Virus record (IMG/VR): IMGVR_UViG_3300037478_000309
Location: 1 to 45,014 of that record
DNA: 45,014 nucleotides
Strand: one strand, 5' to 3'
DNA from: a virus
Taxonomy: Duplodnaviria; Caudoviricetes
Under the pieces are notes generated by a model, which saw only the letters and a list, made by a program, of their open reading frames with translations, was not told the DNA's origin and did not search any database. Positions 35,596 to 44,341 of this stretch are shown piece by piece. Position 1 is the first letter of the stretch. Each line of letters begins with the position of its first letter. The translations under genes were made by a program, and so were the position numbers.

Positions 35596-36635
35596 TGAGT
35601 ATCAGCAGCATCAGGACAGTTGACCCAACCGCCGTCCACGACGACACGGCGTCTGAGATTTCCGCCATCACCAACAAGGCGACCCCGGCTGGTGGCGACT
35701 TCCTGCTCATCGAGGACAGCGCCGCCGGGAACATCAAGAAGCACATCCTCATCAGCGCATTGCCAAGCGGAGGCTCGCCGCCTACAGGCACCGGCTTCCG
35801 GCACGTTACTGGCGGTGCCGAGGATGCCGCCTCTGAGACAGTAACCTTCTCCGACGCCGATCAGGTGACGCCTAATCAGGGTACGACCGTCACCGTGCTG
35901 CATGGCAACGCGGCGGGGCAGCCTTCATTCGCTGCCGTCGTTCTGACCGCAGATGTTAGCGGCATCCTGCCGGGCGCGAATGGTGGCACCGGCAATGGAT
36001 TCGCTGCAATCAGCGGCCCGACGACTTCGCTCAAGACATTCACCCTGCCGGATGCCAGCGCGGTCATCCTGACCGACAACGCCGATGTGACAGTCGCACA
36101 GGGCGGGACTGGACTGTCGAGTGGCACAAGCGGAGGCGTGCTTGGCTACACCGCCGCAGGAACGCTCGCCTCATCCGTCGCGCTCACAGCCAGCCAGCTT
36201 GTCATCGGAGGCGGGGCCGGTGCGACACCAACGCCGCTTGCTGCTGGCACCGACAATTTCGTGCTGCGTATGGGCGCGGCGAATCCCGGCTATGAAGCCG
36301 AGTTGCTGTCGAAGGACATCACCATCGAGGCTCCGACTGCGAGTGAGACCATTACGATGTTCTACACCCCCATCGCTATCACGGCGACGGAGGTGCGCGT
36401 CGTCGGGGTGGGCACGACGCCCAGCCTGACACTCCAGTTGAAGCACGCGACCGACCGGAGCTTAGGGGGGAACGCCCTGACGACTAGCGCGGAACACACG
36501 AACACGACGACCGGCTCGACGGCGACACTGAGCGATGCGACGATCCCCGCCGCCTCCTACGTCTGGATCGAGACGACGGCGACAAGTGGCACCGTGACTT
36601 CGTTTGCCATCCACGTAAGGTACACGGTGGACTAA
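35595..36635 (+). CDS. Tail fibre-like protein
   Basis: Repeated GGTG fibre motifs (ANGGTG, AQGGTG). Confidence 0.65.
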   Translation: MSISSIRTVDPTAVHDDTASEISAITNKATPAGGDFLLIEDSAAGNIKKHILISALPSGGSPPTGTGFRHVTGGAEDAASETVTFSDADQVTPNQGTTVTVLHGNAAGQPSFAAVVLTADVSGILPGANGGTGNGFAAISGPTTSLKTFTLPDASAVILTDNADVTVAQGGTGLSSGTSGGVLGYTAAGTLASSVALTASQLVIGGGAGATPTPLAAGTDNFVLRMGAANPGYEAELLSKDITIEAPTASETITMFYTPIAITATEVRVVGVGTTPSLTLQLKHATDRSLGGNALTTSAEHTNTTTGSTATLSDATIPAASYVWIETTATSGTVTSFAIHVRYTVD

Positions 36636-36958
36636 TGACGAAAATTCTCTGGCGCCTGTACTACGGAGACGGATCGATGTTCTCCAACCTCGATGGGCTG
36701 CCTGAGCAGGCTCCGTGTGTCAACGTGATGTGCGTGGCCTATTACGATGAGGACAACCGGCGCAGGCTGGCGCACAGCGCGGACTACTACTTCTACGAGG
36801 ACGGCAGATGGTACTCAGTCGATCTGTTCGGGCTTTGGGATTATCTGGCGAGACCCGGACTCAAGACGGTCAAATTCGGCCGGATGATCAGTGACAAGCA
36901 ATATCGTCTGGTCATGCAGCACGCGATGACCGACCTCCCGGTTGAGGGGATAAGCTAA
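36635..36958 (+). CDS. Hypothetical protein
   Basis: 107 aa; TAATG overlaps at both ends. Confidence 0.65.
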   Translation: MTKILWRLYYGDGSMFSNLDGLPEQAPCVNVMCVAYYDEDNRRRLAHSADYYFYEDGRWYSVDLFGLWDYLARPGLKTVKFGRMISDKQYRLVMQHAMTDLPVEGIS

Positions 36959-37527
36959 TGGGTGGATGCACTTCCGCATGGAACCAGGTGGCGTTTCGGG
37001 GCCGTGATGATGACGGCGACCAGGCAACCGCCACTTGGAAAGACGCGCAAAACGCCAACTGGACCAACGGCGTTGACATCAATCTTCGCGTGCGCTTCGA
37101 GGTTCAGGAGACTGCCGGGTGCGCCAAGGCCAACTTCACCACCATACAGTTGCAGTACAATAAAAATGGTACAGGGTGGGGCGCCGTAAATGCCACAAGC
37201 AACGTGGTGCGCTCAAGCGCATCTCCCAACCTCGCAGACGCCGCGAATCTCACCGATCAACTCACGGCTGGCACTGGTACGTTTGAGGGAGATGCCTGCT
37301 TCGATGAAGTCAACGGGATTTGCGGGAGCGCCGCCACGGATGTTGCGGCCAGCGGGCATGTCGAAGCCGAGTTCTGTATTCAGATACGCAGTTCGGATGT
37401 TGCCGATACCGACACGATTCAGTTGCGGGTCACGGATGGCGGCACTCCGTTTGCCGGGTATACGGCCACGCCCACGATAACAGTCAGCGAGGCTGGCGCT
37501 ACCCGCCGCGTCTTCATGGTGACATAA
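36958..37527 (+). CDS. Putative structural beta-sandwich protein
   Basis: Q..FR.RDDDG, LRVRF, LQY motifs. Confidence 0.6.
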   Translation: MGGCTSAWNQVAFRGRDDDGDQATATWKDAQNANWTNGVDINLRVRFEVQETAGCAKANFTTIQLQYNKNGTGWGAVNATSNVVRSSASPNLADAANLTDQLTAGTGTFEGDACFDEVNGICGSAATDVAASGHVEAEFCIQIRSSDVADTDTIQLRVTDGGTPFAGYTATPTITVSEAGATRRVFMVT

Positions 37528-37784
37528 TGAGCGTCACGCTGACCCAGACGCGCATCCGCCCAGATGACAACGGCTACACGGTTGTCATGATTGGCATCAA
37601 CTATCAGGCCAACAAGGTGCTGGTGCGCGTCCGCTTTGACAGCGGCGACACGCAGGACATAGAGTATGAGGGGGCGCGCCTTCTCGCGCTCCGCAACGCT
37701 CTCCCGCAATTCAGCGGCCTGCGGCTGGCTATTGAGCAGTATCTGGCCGCCAACGAACCCGGCCTAGGAGGCAATGCGGCATGA
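37527..37784 (+). CDS. Hypothetical protein
   Basis: TAATG overlap; 85 aa. Confidence 0.6.
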   Translation: MSVTLTQTRIRPDDNGYTVVMIGINYQANKVLVRVRFDSGDTQDIEYEGARLLALRNALPQFSGLRLAIEQYLAANEPGLGGNAA

Positions 37785-37957
37785 TTAACACCGGCAGCAG
37801 CCATGAATTGTGCGCCTTCATATTGTGGGAGGCTGAGGCTGAGCGCAAGCAACTCCAGATGGAGAACGCCATGCTGCGCGGCGAGATAGAGCGCTTAAAG
37901 AAGGGCGAGCCGGCGTTGAAGGAAGCGCCGCCGCCACAGGAGAAGGCCGATGGCTAA
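37781..37957 (+). CDS. 58-aa coiled-coil protein (below ORF-track cutoff)
   Basis: AGGAGG RBS and ATGA overlap. Confidence 0.55.
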   Translation: MINTGSSHELCAFILWEAEAERKQLQMENAMLRGEIERLKKGEPALKEAPPPQEKADG

Positions 37958-38945
37958 CGAGTTTCTGCTTGATAGTCTAAGACGGGTCGTCCCGCCGGAG
38001 GTTTGGGCGGAGTGGGAGCGCACAGCCGCCGCGCAGGGGATCTCTCTGAGCGAGTACATCGACAGGAACACGCGAACACGCGATCAGGGGCTCATTGCCA
38101 ATGCTTCGAATGCTTCTGGAGGCGGCGGAGACGTATTGCCCGGAATCAGCTTCAACCGATTCCGGCAACTGGTGCTTGCCGGGGCAGCCGGATCGGTAGG
38201 AGTCGGAATCGCCGGTGCCGGTGCTGCCGGTGCCGGTGGTGCAGGTGGTTCGTCTGGATTCGGCGGCACGGCCGGTGGTGTTGGCGCTGGCGGTGTTGGT
38301 GGTGTGGGCGGTGCTGGTGGTACGGCTGGATTCTTCAACTCATTCGGCGGACAGTCTCTCATCAACGCCGGGCTCAACCTTGCCGGTGGATATCTAAACC
38401 AGCGTGCGCAGTCCAAGGCAGAATCGCGCAACATCGACGCGATGAAGGACCGCATCAAGCTGGCGCTCCAGCAACTATCGCCAGAGCACATTCAGCAGCT
38501 TATGCGCCAGTTCCTTCCAGACATTGCCGCCATCAGCAATCAGCAGCAGCAGACGGCGTTGCAGGGGCTTAATGTGAGCGCGGCGCGGCAGGGACTCGCC
38601 AATACGCCATACTCACTGACGGCTCAGGCCGGGTTGCGTGGTCAGATGGCCAATCAGGTTTCCACGGCGGCGTTCCAAAGGGCGATGGAGACAGCCGGGC
38701 AGAGGGTTTCGGCTATCACCGGCGCACCATTCGTGACGCAGCAGCCGCAGACTGGGATGTCCGATGCCTTCTCGAACACGGCGAATCAGATCATGCTGGC
38801 ACGCGCGCTAAATCAGCGGCAGCCGCAGCAAGCCGCGCCGTACCAGTTGCCTGGTATACCTGGGCAAGGCACGCCCGCGCCATGGGAAACTCAGCAGCAT
38901 GAAGGCACCCCGTACCAATGGAGTTTCAACCCGTCGAGGTATTAA
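37950..38945 (+). CDS. Putative DNA ejection / internal virion protein 1
   Basis: Gly/Ala-rich hydrophobic segment followed by Gln-rich helices, after the tail genes. Confidence 0.6.
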   Translation: MANEFLLDSLRRVVPPEVWAEWERTAAAQGISLSEYIDRNTRTRDQGLIANASNASGGGGDVLPGISFNRFRQLVLAGAAGSVGVGIAGAGAAGAGGAGGSSGFGGTAGGVGAGGVGGVGGAGGTAGFFNSFGGQSLINAGLNLAGGYLNQRAQSKAESRNIDAMKDRIKLALQQLSPEHIQQLMRQFLPDIAAISNQQQQTALQGLNVSAARQGLANTPYSLTAQAGLRGQMANQVSTAAFQRAMETAGQRVSAITGAPFVTQQPQTGMSDAFSNTANQIMLARALNQRQPQQAAPYQLPGIPGQGTPAPWETQQHEGTPYQWSFNPSRY

Positions 38946-39358
38946 TGACTATTGATACACACGAACTGGCATGGGCTGCTGGATTCTATGATGGCGAAGG
39001 AACTATGGGATCTCATAGTCCAACAGAGCGCAGCAAGTGTGGTCGCAAGAAGTACCCACGACTCGGCATGTCGATTCATCAAGTTGATAAGCGCCCGCTC
39101 AAAAGGTTCCAAGCTGCGATTGGTGGGCTTGGTGGCATAGGCGGGCCATATCATCACGGAACCAGCAAGCCAATTCACCAGTGGACTACGCAGAACTATG
39201 AACACGCACAGGCCGCCATCGCCATGCTGTGGAAATATCTATCGGAGCCAAAGAGAGAGCAAGCCATGCTTGCCATGAGGGAAGTATCTCGCACAAATCA
39301 GATTCCTAGAATTGGCAGATGGGCCAAGTGTAGATCTTACAGAAGGGTGGTGGCATAG
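38945..39358 (+). CDS. Free-standing single-motif LAGLIDADG homing endonuclease
   Basis: ELAWAAGFYDGEG, I.Q.D..PL, ..PIHQW, YL...KREQA. Confidence 0.85.
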   Translation: MTIDTHELAWAAGFYDGEGTMGSHSPTERSKCGRKKYPRLGMSIHQVDKRPLKRFQAAIGGLGGIGGPYHHGTSKPIHQWTTQNYEHAQAAIAMLWKYLSEPKREQAMLAMREVSRTNQIPRIGRWAKCRSYRRVVA

Positions 39359-39360
39359 CC

Positions 39361-40437
39361 ATGGCTGGCGCAGGCGGTACTGGACAGCCCCAGCCGCAGC
39401 CTCAGCAGGGCGGCGGCGTCGATCTCTACGACTTGCTGGCGAAGAGGATAGCCGAGTCTCTGAGCGGGCCAGACCCGCAGGCACCCGCGCCGCCTCAGAT
39501 GCAGCCACTCAACCCGACAGCGGCATTCGCGGCGGCCCGCAACCCGCAGTTTGCGCCCATGCTGAACCAGCAGGCGCAGGCACCTGAGATGGCGAGGTAT
39601 GGGCAGCAGCAGGCGGCGTTTGAGGCGGCGATGAGCGGCAGGCAACAGGCGATGCAGACTGGTGCCTCACTGGTTGGCGGCCAGAACCGCATGACTCGCG
39701 CCAACCGTCCGCAGCTTCGTATGGTGCAGACGGTGGATGCGCAGGGTAATCCTGTAACTGTGCCGATGGAGTATGACCCGGCGACTGGCACACTTTCACC
39801 CATGGAGACAACGGCGGGTCAGGGACAATTCCCCAAGTTCGTGCCGCCGCGCACGCTTTCGTCACCAACAGGCTTCCAGAACATGGACCCAGTGACCGGC
39901 AAGACAACTCCGGTGACTACACAAGGAGGCGCTCCAGTCTACCCGCAGCCACCGGCAGGCGTCGTCTCTGACATTGCAGCAGGCACGGCAAATCTTCAAG
40001 GACTCGAAGCCTTGCGCAGCGCCTACCAGAAGATTCGCTCTGAGACAACCGACAGTTGGGACGCTACTAAGGTTGTCGGCACAATGGCTGGCGAGACTCG
40101 CCTTGGCGGCATGCTAGCGCCCAACTACGCATCATACACGGCATCTCGTCGCGCATCTCTCAACGCATACATCAAGAGTGTGACCGGCGCGCAATTCAGC
40201 GTGGCTGAGTTGCAACGTTATGAGGGCCAGTACCCGGAGCCATGGGATGACGAGGCATTGGCAGAGCAGAAGATACAAGCCCTGTCGCAGCGTGCAATTG
40301 CAGACATGCAAGCCAAGATGCGTGCATTCCCAGGTTCCGCTGGTGCAGGGCCACAAGTCTCTGCACCGCAGTCCGAGTCAATCGTAGACAAAGCCCTGCG
40401 TCTAGCCGAGGAGCGCCGCCGTGCCAACCCGCGATGA
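39361..40437 (+). CDS. Putative DNA ejection / internal virion protein 2
   Basis: Q/P/A-rich; TGAQFS..E..RY...P...D motif. Confidence 0.6.
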   Translation: MAGAGGTGQPQPQPQQGGGVDLYDLLAKRIAESLSGPDPQAPAPPQMQPLNPTAAFAAARNPQFAPMLNQQAQAPEMARYGQQQAAFEAAMSGRQQAMQTGASLVGGQNRMTRANRPQLRMVQTVDAQGNPVTVPMEYDPATGTLSPMETTAGQGQFPKFVPPRTLSSPTGFQNMDPVTGKTTPVTTQGGAPVYPQPPAGVVSDIAAGTANLQGLEALRSAYQKIRSETTDSWDATKVVGTMAGETRLGGMLAPNYASYTASRRASLNAYIKSVTGAQFSVAELQRYEGQYPEPWDDEALAEQKIQALSQRAIADMQAKMRAFPGSAGAGPQVSAPQSESIVDKALRLAEERRRANPR

Positions 40438-41782
40438 ACTAGATCAAGCTGATGCCGCGCTACAGCGCGCTGGCTATAGCGATGATGAACGCCTGATGGT
40501 GTTGGATCAACTCATTGGCGATGATCCTCGCATGCCGTTGCCGCTGCGACGTGGAGGCTCATCCGAGATGGAGATGCTGGCTGGTGCGGCTCAGGCTATA
40601 GTCCCGGCGGCCGGTGCTGCGTTGGGCGGCTCTATGGCGCGCTACGGTGTATCTAAACTCGCGCCCAAGGTGCTGCCATATCTAGGCCCCGAGATAGCCG
40701 GTGTTGGGTCTGCGGCTGGCGCATTCGCTGGTGGACTAGCAACCGGACAGACGCTTGAGCAGGCTGGCACGGGTGCGCTACTAAGCGGAGGTGCTGGCGC
40801 AGGGACCGAGCGTCTAGTGCAGGAAGTGGGTCGTGGATTCGGGCGTGCAGGCAAGGTAACGCCGCGCACTATGCGAGAGACGCTTGGGCAGGGTGGATTC
40901 CGGAGGCTGCGCACCACCATAGGCGGCGTTGGCGACGAGGAAATCATCAACGAGGCTGAGCAGTTGCGGCGCATGGGCGCCAAGGCAAGAGTAGAGAAGT
41001 CGCCAGGACGCATAGCAGCCGAGCGCAAGATGGCCGCCTTCGACAAATCGCAGACGACCACCCGTGAAGTGTATGAGCCGCCTATGAGCACGCGCACTGA
41101 GGAAGTTGGCGGTGTTGACTTCGCACCAATCAAGCAGCGCATACTCAAATTGGTTGATGACCGAGCCACGAGCACAGGCCGAGTCGCTGTGAATGAGCAG
41201 TTGAGGCGCACCGCTGAAAGGCTGCCGGAACGCGGCACGATGGATGACCTTGACCACTTCATACGCGAGTACACTGAGCCTATCAAGGGTCAGGTGCAGA
41301 ACCTTGAGGCATCGCTTCCGACAGCCGTGCAGCAGAAGATAGTGGCTGGTGCGCGACGCTACCGCAACAGTCTGCTTCCAGAGGCCAAACCTGACTTTGC
41401 CAAGGCGCAGGCCTACATGAAGGCCACCAAGAATATACGCAGCATGTTGGTGGACAAGAATGGCGACCTCAAGAAGTCGGCTGAGGGTGTATGGCGCAGC
41501 ATCCCGCGCAACAAGGTGGTGCTGCGCTCATTCCAAGAGTACGACCGGGTGCATGGCACTGAGTTTGCCGAGAAGGCGCTGGACTTGGCGCGTCGGGCTA
41601 ATTGGACACCCGGTGACGGCGCTACAGCACTCGGCATGATTGACGCCTCGGTTGGTTGGTTTGGGCGTGCAGCCGCTACCACCTCGCGGGCGGTTGGCAA
41701 GGGACTTGTCTCGTCGGCTATCCCGGCTGGGCGCAGCGCCGCAGCCGCAGCGGCCTTCTACAATGCGATGAGCAACCCATGA
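40421..41782 (+). CDS. Putative DNA ejection / internal virion protein 3
   Basis: GA-rich hydrophobic glycine zipper followed by a helical domain. Confidence 0.55.
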   Translation: MPTRDELDQADAALQRAGYSDDERLMVLDQLIGDDPRMPLPLRRGGSSEMEMLAGAAQAIVPAAGAALGGSMARYGVSKLAPKVLPYLGPEIAGVGSAAGAFAGGLATGQTLEQAGTGALLSGGAGAGTERLVQEVGRGFGRAGKVTPRTMRETLGQGGFRRLRTTIGGVGDEEIINEAEQLRRMGAKARVEKSPGRIAAERKMAAFDKSQTTTREVYEPPMSTRTEEVGGVDFAPIKQRILKLVDDRATSTGRVAVNEQLRRTAERLPERGTMDDLDHFIREYTEPIKGQVQNLEASLPTAVQQKIVAGARRYRNSLLPEAKPDFAKAQAYMKATKNIRSMLVDKNGDLKKSAEGVWRSIPRNKVVLRSFQEYDRVHGTEFAEKALDLARRANWTPGDGATALGMIDASVGWFGRAAATTSRAVGKGLVSSAIPAGRSAAAAAAFYNAMSNP

Positions 41783-42225
41783 CCATCGGCCCCCCGAGTC
41801 GCCCAAGTCGGGGCGTGCGCGGCATGGACAAGTATGGGAGCGGCGTGTTTCTCGCCAGCCGGGATGGCGGCAAGCGCAGTCATCTAGGCCGCGACTACAT
41901 TATCGTGTCGGGCGACGACTCGCTGTTCCCCATACACGGAGTGATTGAGAAGGTTGGGCGCGCCTATCCCGACAGCAGCCTTGGCAGCGTGACGATTCGC
42001 GGGGCGGGAGAGCACCGCGGCTTGCTGGTGAAGATACTGTACACCTCCTGCGACCACCCAGTCGGCTACGAGGGGCAGATGGGTGATGTGCTGGGGATGG
42101 CGCAGAGCGTGAGCGTGAAGTACCCCGGCATCACAGAGCACCTGCACGTCGAGTTGTGGGTATGCACCGACCCTGAGAGCCTGATGGCGGCCAGCCATCC
42201 CGAGTTCGGAGGGCCGCATGTCTGA
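41779..42225 (+). CDS. M23-family (LECT2-like) putative endolysin
   Basis: Zinc motifs HLGRD (HxxxD) and HLH; next to holin-like genes. Confidence 0.75.
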   Translation: MTIGPPSRPSRGVRGMDKYGSGVFLASRDGGKRSHLGRDYIIVSGDDSLFPIHGVIEKVGRAYPDSSLGSVTIRGAGEHRGLLVKILYTSCDHPVGYEGQMGDVLGMAQSVSVKYPGITEHLHVELWVCTDPESLMAASHPEFGGPHV

Positions 42226-42490
42226 GCGCAATGGCAGCGCACGACTCACCTACTGGATCATGGGGGCGCTATTCGCCGTGCTGCTGATGGTGGTAGGCGG
42301 CGCGTGGGCTGAACTCAACACGCGGGTTGGCGATCTAGAGGATGGACGCAACGCCAACGTCATCAGCATCCACGACCTCCAGCGCGACGTACAGGCCATG
42401 CAGGTGGATGTCTGCGCCATACTCAACCAGGCGTATGAGATTCGTGAGCACGTCACCAAGCAGGTGGTGTACCGCAGGCCGTGTCCATAG
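42218..42490 (+). CDS. Single-TM coiled-coil lysis protein (holin/spanin-like)
   Basis: TM WIMGALFAVLLMVVGGAW followed by coiled coil. Confidence 0.55.
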   Translation: MSERNGSARLTYWIMGALFAVLLMVVGGAWAELNTRVGDLEDGRNANVISIHDLQRDVQAMQVDVCAILNQAYEIREHVTKQVVYRRPCP

Positions 42491-42555
42491 CACAGTGGTT
42501 CATCAAGCGCCGACTCCTGCATCAGGTGCGGCGCATCAGAGGAGAGGAGGCAGGC

Positions 42556-42753
42556 ATGAAGAGAGCAATCGAGTGGCTTCTGAGGCTGGAGGTGATCCCG
42601 CGCGGCTGGCTGACCTTGGCGGCAGGGTTCTCGGCCGTGCTGACCGGCGTGGCGTGCTTCGCGGGCGTGCAGGTTCCTGGTATAGACTGTCCAGCCGACC
42701 CGTGGCTTCTGGTGACTGGCGGGCTGGCTGCAATCGGGCTGGGCAGGCGGTAG
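42556..42753 (+). CDS. Putative two-TM holin
   Basis: GGAGG RBS; two hydrophobic helices; ends GLGRR; alternative start 42481. Confidence 0.55.
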   Translation: MKRAIEWLLRLEVIPRGWLTLAAGFSAVLTGVACFAGVQVPGIDCPADPWLLVTGGLAAIGLGRR

Positions 42754-42787
42754 TCAATCCAACGCAGGTATCACAAGGGGGAGTCGC

Positions 42788-43258
42788 ATGCTACGCAAGT
42801 ATCTTATAGCGGTAGTGATGTTCGTGGTGCTGGGGGCTCTGGCGTATGCCGGTCCCAAGCCGCTGACCGAGCTTACGGGCTCGGCGGCCTATTCCAAGCC
42901 AGATGGGGGCAACTCCTCATGGTGGGCAGGCGCGGAGTTGGCTATTCCGCTGGGCAGCGGGTACGTCCTCGTGGGGCCCGCCATCCAGTTCGTAGATGCG
43001 GCCGAAGACTTCCAGGCCATCGGCGGGGTGCTGGAATTCAACTTGATGAAGGGGGCCGGCCTGTTCATCGGGGGCCGCGGACTCTACGACCCGGACGCGC
43101 CGGAGGGGCTGGACTCCCACACGGTGGACGCCCGGGCGGGATTCAAGGCCGTGTTCAACAAGGGCGGGCTGCTCAAGGTGTATCTGGAGAAGACCGTCGA
43201 TGGGTACGGCAAATCAGAAGACCTGCGCGGCGTGGCGGGGTTCGGAGTGAGGTTCTAA
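42788..43258 (+). CDS. Outer-membrane beta-barrel protein (Lom/OmpX-sized)
   Basis: Signal peptide ending AYA, about eight amphipathic strands, C-terminal GFGVRF beta-signal. Confidence 0.75.
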   Translation: MLRKYLIAVVMFVVLGALAYAGPKPLTELTGSAAYSKPDGGNSSWWAGAELAIPLGSGYVLVGPAIQFVDAAEDFQAIGGVLEFNLMKGAGLFIGGRGLYDPDAPEGLDSHTVDARAGFKAVFNKGGLLKVYLEKTVDGYGKSEDLRGVAGFGVRF

Positions 43259-43279
43259 CAGGCCACTCGCACCGGCCTG

Positions 43280-43310
43280 GGCCCGGCTCCATCGTGGGGT
43301 CGGGCCTTTT
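43280..43310 (+). terminator. Rho-independent terminator ending the late operon
   Basis: GGCCCGGCTCC-ATCGT-GGGGTCGGGCC-TTTT at the convergence point. Confidence 0.75.
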
Positions 43311-43353
43311 CATATCTGCGAGTAGGTGGGAAGCCGCCAGCACCGGCCAATAC

Positions 43354-43680
43354 TCACTTGCGCTTCTTGCCAAGTGCCACTTGCAGCGGTGATTTACCGT
43401 ATCGCTTCTTCCATTTGACGGTGGTAACCCCATGTCCGTATAGCATCATTGCACGGATGACTACACGCAAGTAGTTGGTCTTAGCCTCATCAATCTCGGC
43501 TTGGATCTCTTCTGGTAACGGAGGCAATGGGAATGGAGGCCGCCGACGCTTCCTGCCGCCAGCGGCCTCACTCGGTAGGCGGGTGGTGCGGCTACTCACA
43601 GGTTGCGGTATGACGGTGAGGCGGTTTGATAGTGACGGCTGGTGCGCGCCAGCCGTGCTTGCTACTCGCATGGAAGGCAA
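43354..43680 (-). CDS. Hypothetical basic protein
   Basis: C-terminal half looks protein-like; start uncertain. Confidence 0.4.
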   Translation of the reverse strand: MPSMRVASTAGAHQPSLSNRLTVIPQPVSSRTTRLPSEAAGGRKRRRPPFPLPPLPEEIQAEIDEAKTNYLRVVIRAMMLYGHGVTTVKWKKRYGKSPLQVALGKKRK

Positions 43681-43807
43681 GCTGATTCGTCGGCACGATG
43701 CGCTGCGGGTGGCACAGTAGGCAGCGCCAGAACATCTCGTCTACCACCTCGAACTGGAACCCCGGCGGCTTGGGGCCAATCAGGCGGGCCAGCAGACGCT
43801 TGAGCAT
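43592..43807 (-). CDS. Small C2H2-like protein
   Basis: CLLC...HASSKH; GGAGG RBS. Confidence 0.5.
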   Translation of the reverse strand: MLKRLLARLIGPKPPGFQFEVVDEMFWRCLLCHPQRIVPTNQLAFHASSKHGWRAPAVTIKPPHRHTATCE

Positions 43808-43959
43808 CACCAGCCTCCATTTGCTGTCATGCAGTAGCGCACCACAAAGCGGCGGCCACACACCCGCACCAGCCATTGAGGCTCAACTGGATCACCCTTC
43901 TTGCCTCGGTAGGTGACTCTGTAGACACTAAACATGCGACTCAGCCAGCGTCTAAGCAT
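43807..43959 (-). CDS. Small hypothetical protein
   Basis: AGGAG RBS; MLRRWLSR start. Confidence 0.45.
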   Translation of the reverse strand: MLRRWLSRMFSVYRVTYRGKKGDPVEPQWLVRVCGRRFVVRYCMTANGGW

Positions 43960-44110
43960 CGCATCTCCTGCAAAGGACCATTGTTCTGCCATTAACTAAT
44001 GCGGTTCTGTTGCCTGGTTCATGGCCGCCGAACATCTCCCCACAGTTTGGGCATGGCAGCCAGAAGTAGCCGCCGACAAACGCTCTCAGCCAGCGCCACC
44101 ATCTAGGCAT
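43952..44110 (-). CDS. 52-aa zinc-ribbon protein (below ORF-track cutoff)
   Basis: GGYFWLPCPNCGEMFGGHE...CRRC; GAGGTG RBS. Confidence 0.55.
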   Translation of the reverse strand: MPRWWRWLRAFVGGYFWLPCPNCGEMFGGHEPGNRTALVNGRTMVLCRRCDA

Positions 44111-44315
44111 GGCTCACCTCTCTCGCCTCATTCGCCGCCGGCGTATCCTGCCCCAGCCACCGCCCAACCGCCTCCTGCAAGTCGCGGCGGCACAGGCTCA
44201 CCTGGATCACGTTGAACATGTCGCTGCCGGTCAACTGAATGTCCAGCCACACGCGCTCTCCGTCCAGCCCCATGTCGGTGATGCCGATGTATGCGCCTTT
44301 CTTGGCTTGGAACAC
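44103..44315 (-). CDS. Hypothetical protein
   Basis: GTG start after GGGAGGT RBS. Confidence 0.5.
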   Translation of the reverse strand: MFQAKKGAYIGITDMGLDGERVWLDIQLTGSDMFNVIQVSLCRRDLQEAVGRWLGQDTPAANEAREVSHA

Positions 44316-44341
44316 TTTGCACCTCCCATCCTCCCGGTGAC

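Noticed and set aside
28989-37527. Diversity-generating retroelement or invertible tail-fibre switch
   Set aside because: No reverse transcriptase or invertase gene and no adenine-variant template/variable repeat pair seen
38200-38330. GGT/GCC low-complexity tract
   Set aside because: Explained by the Gly/Ala-rich segment of the ejection protein
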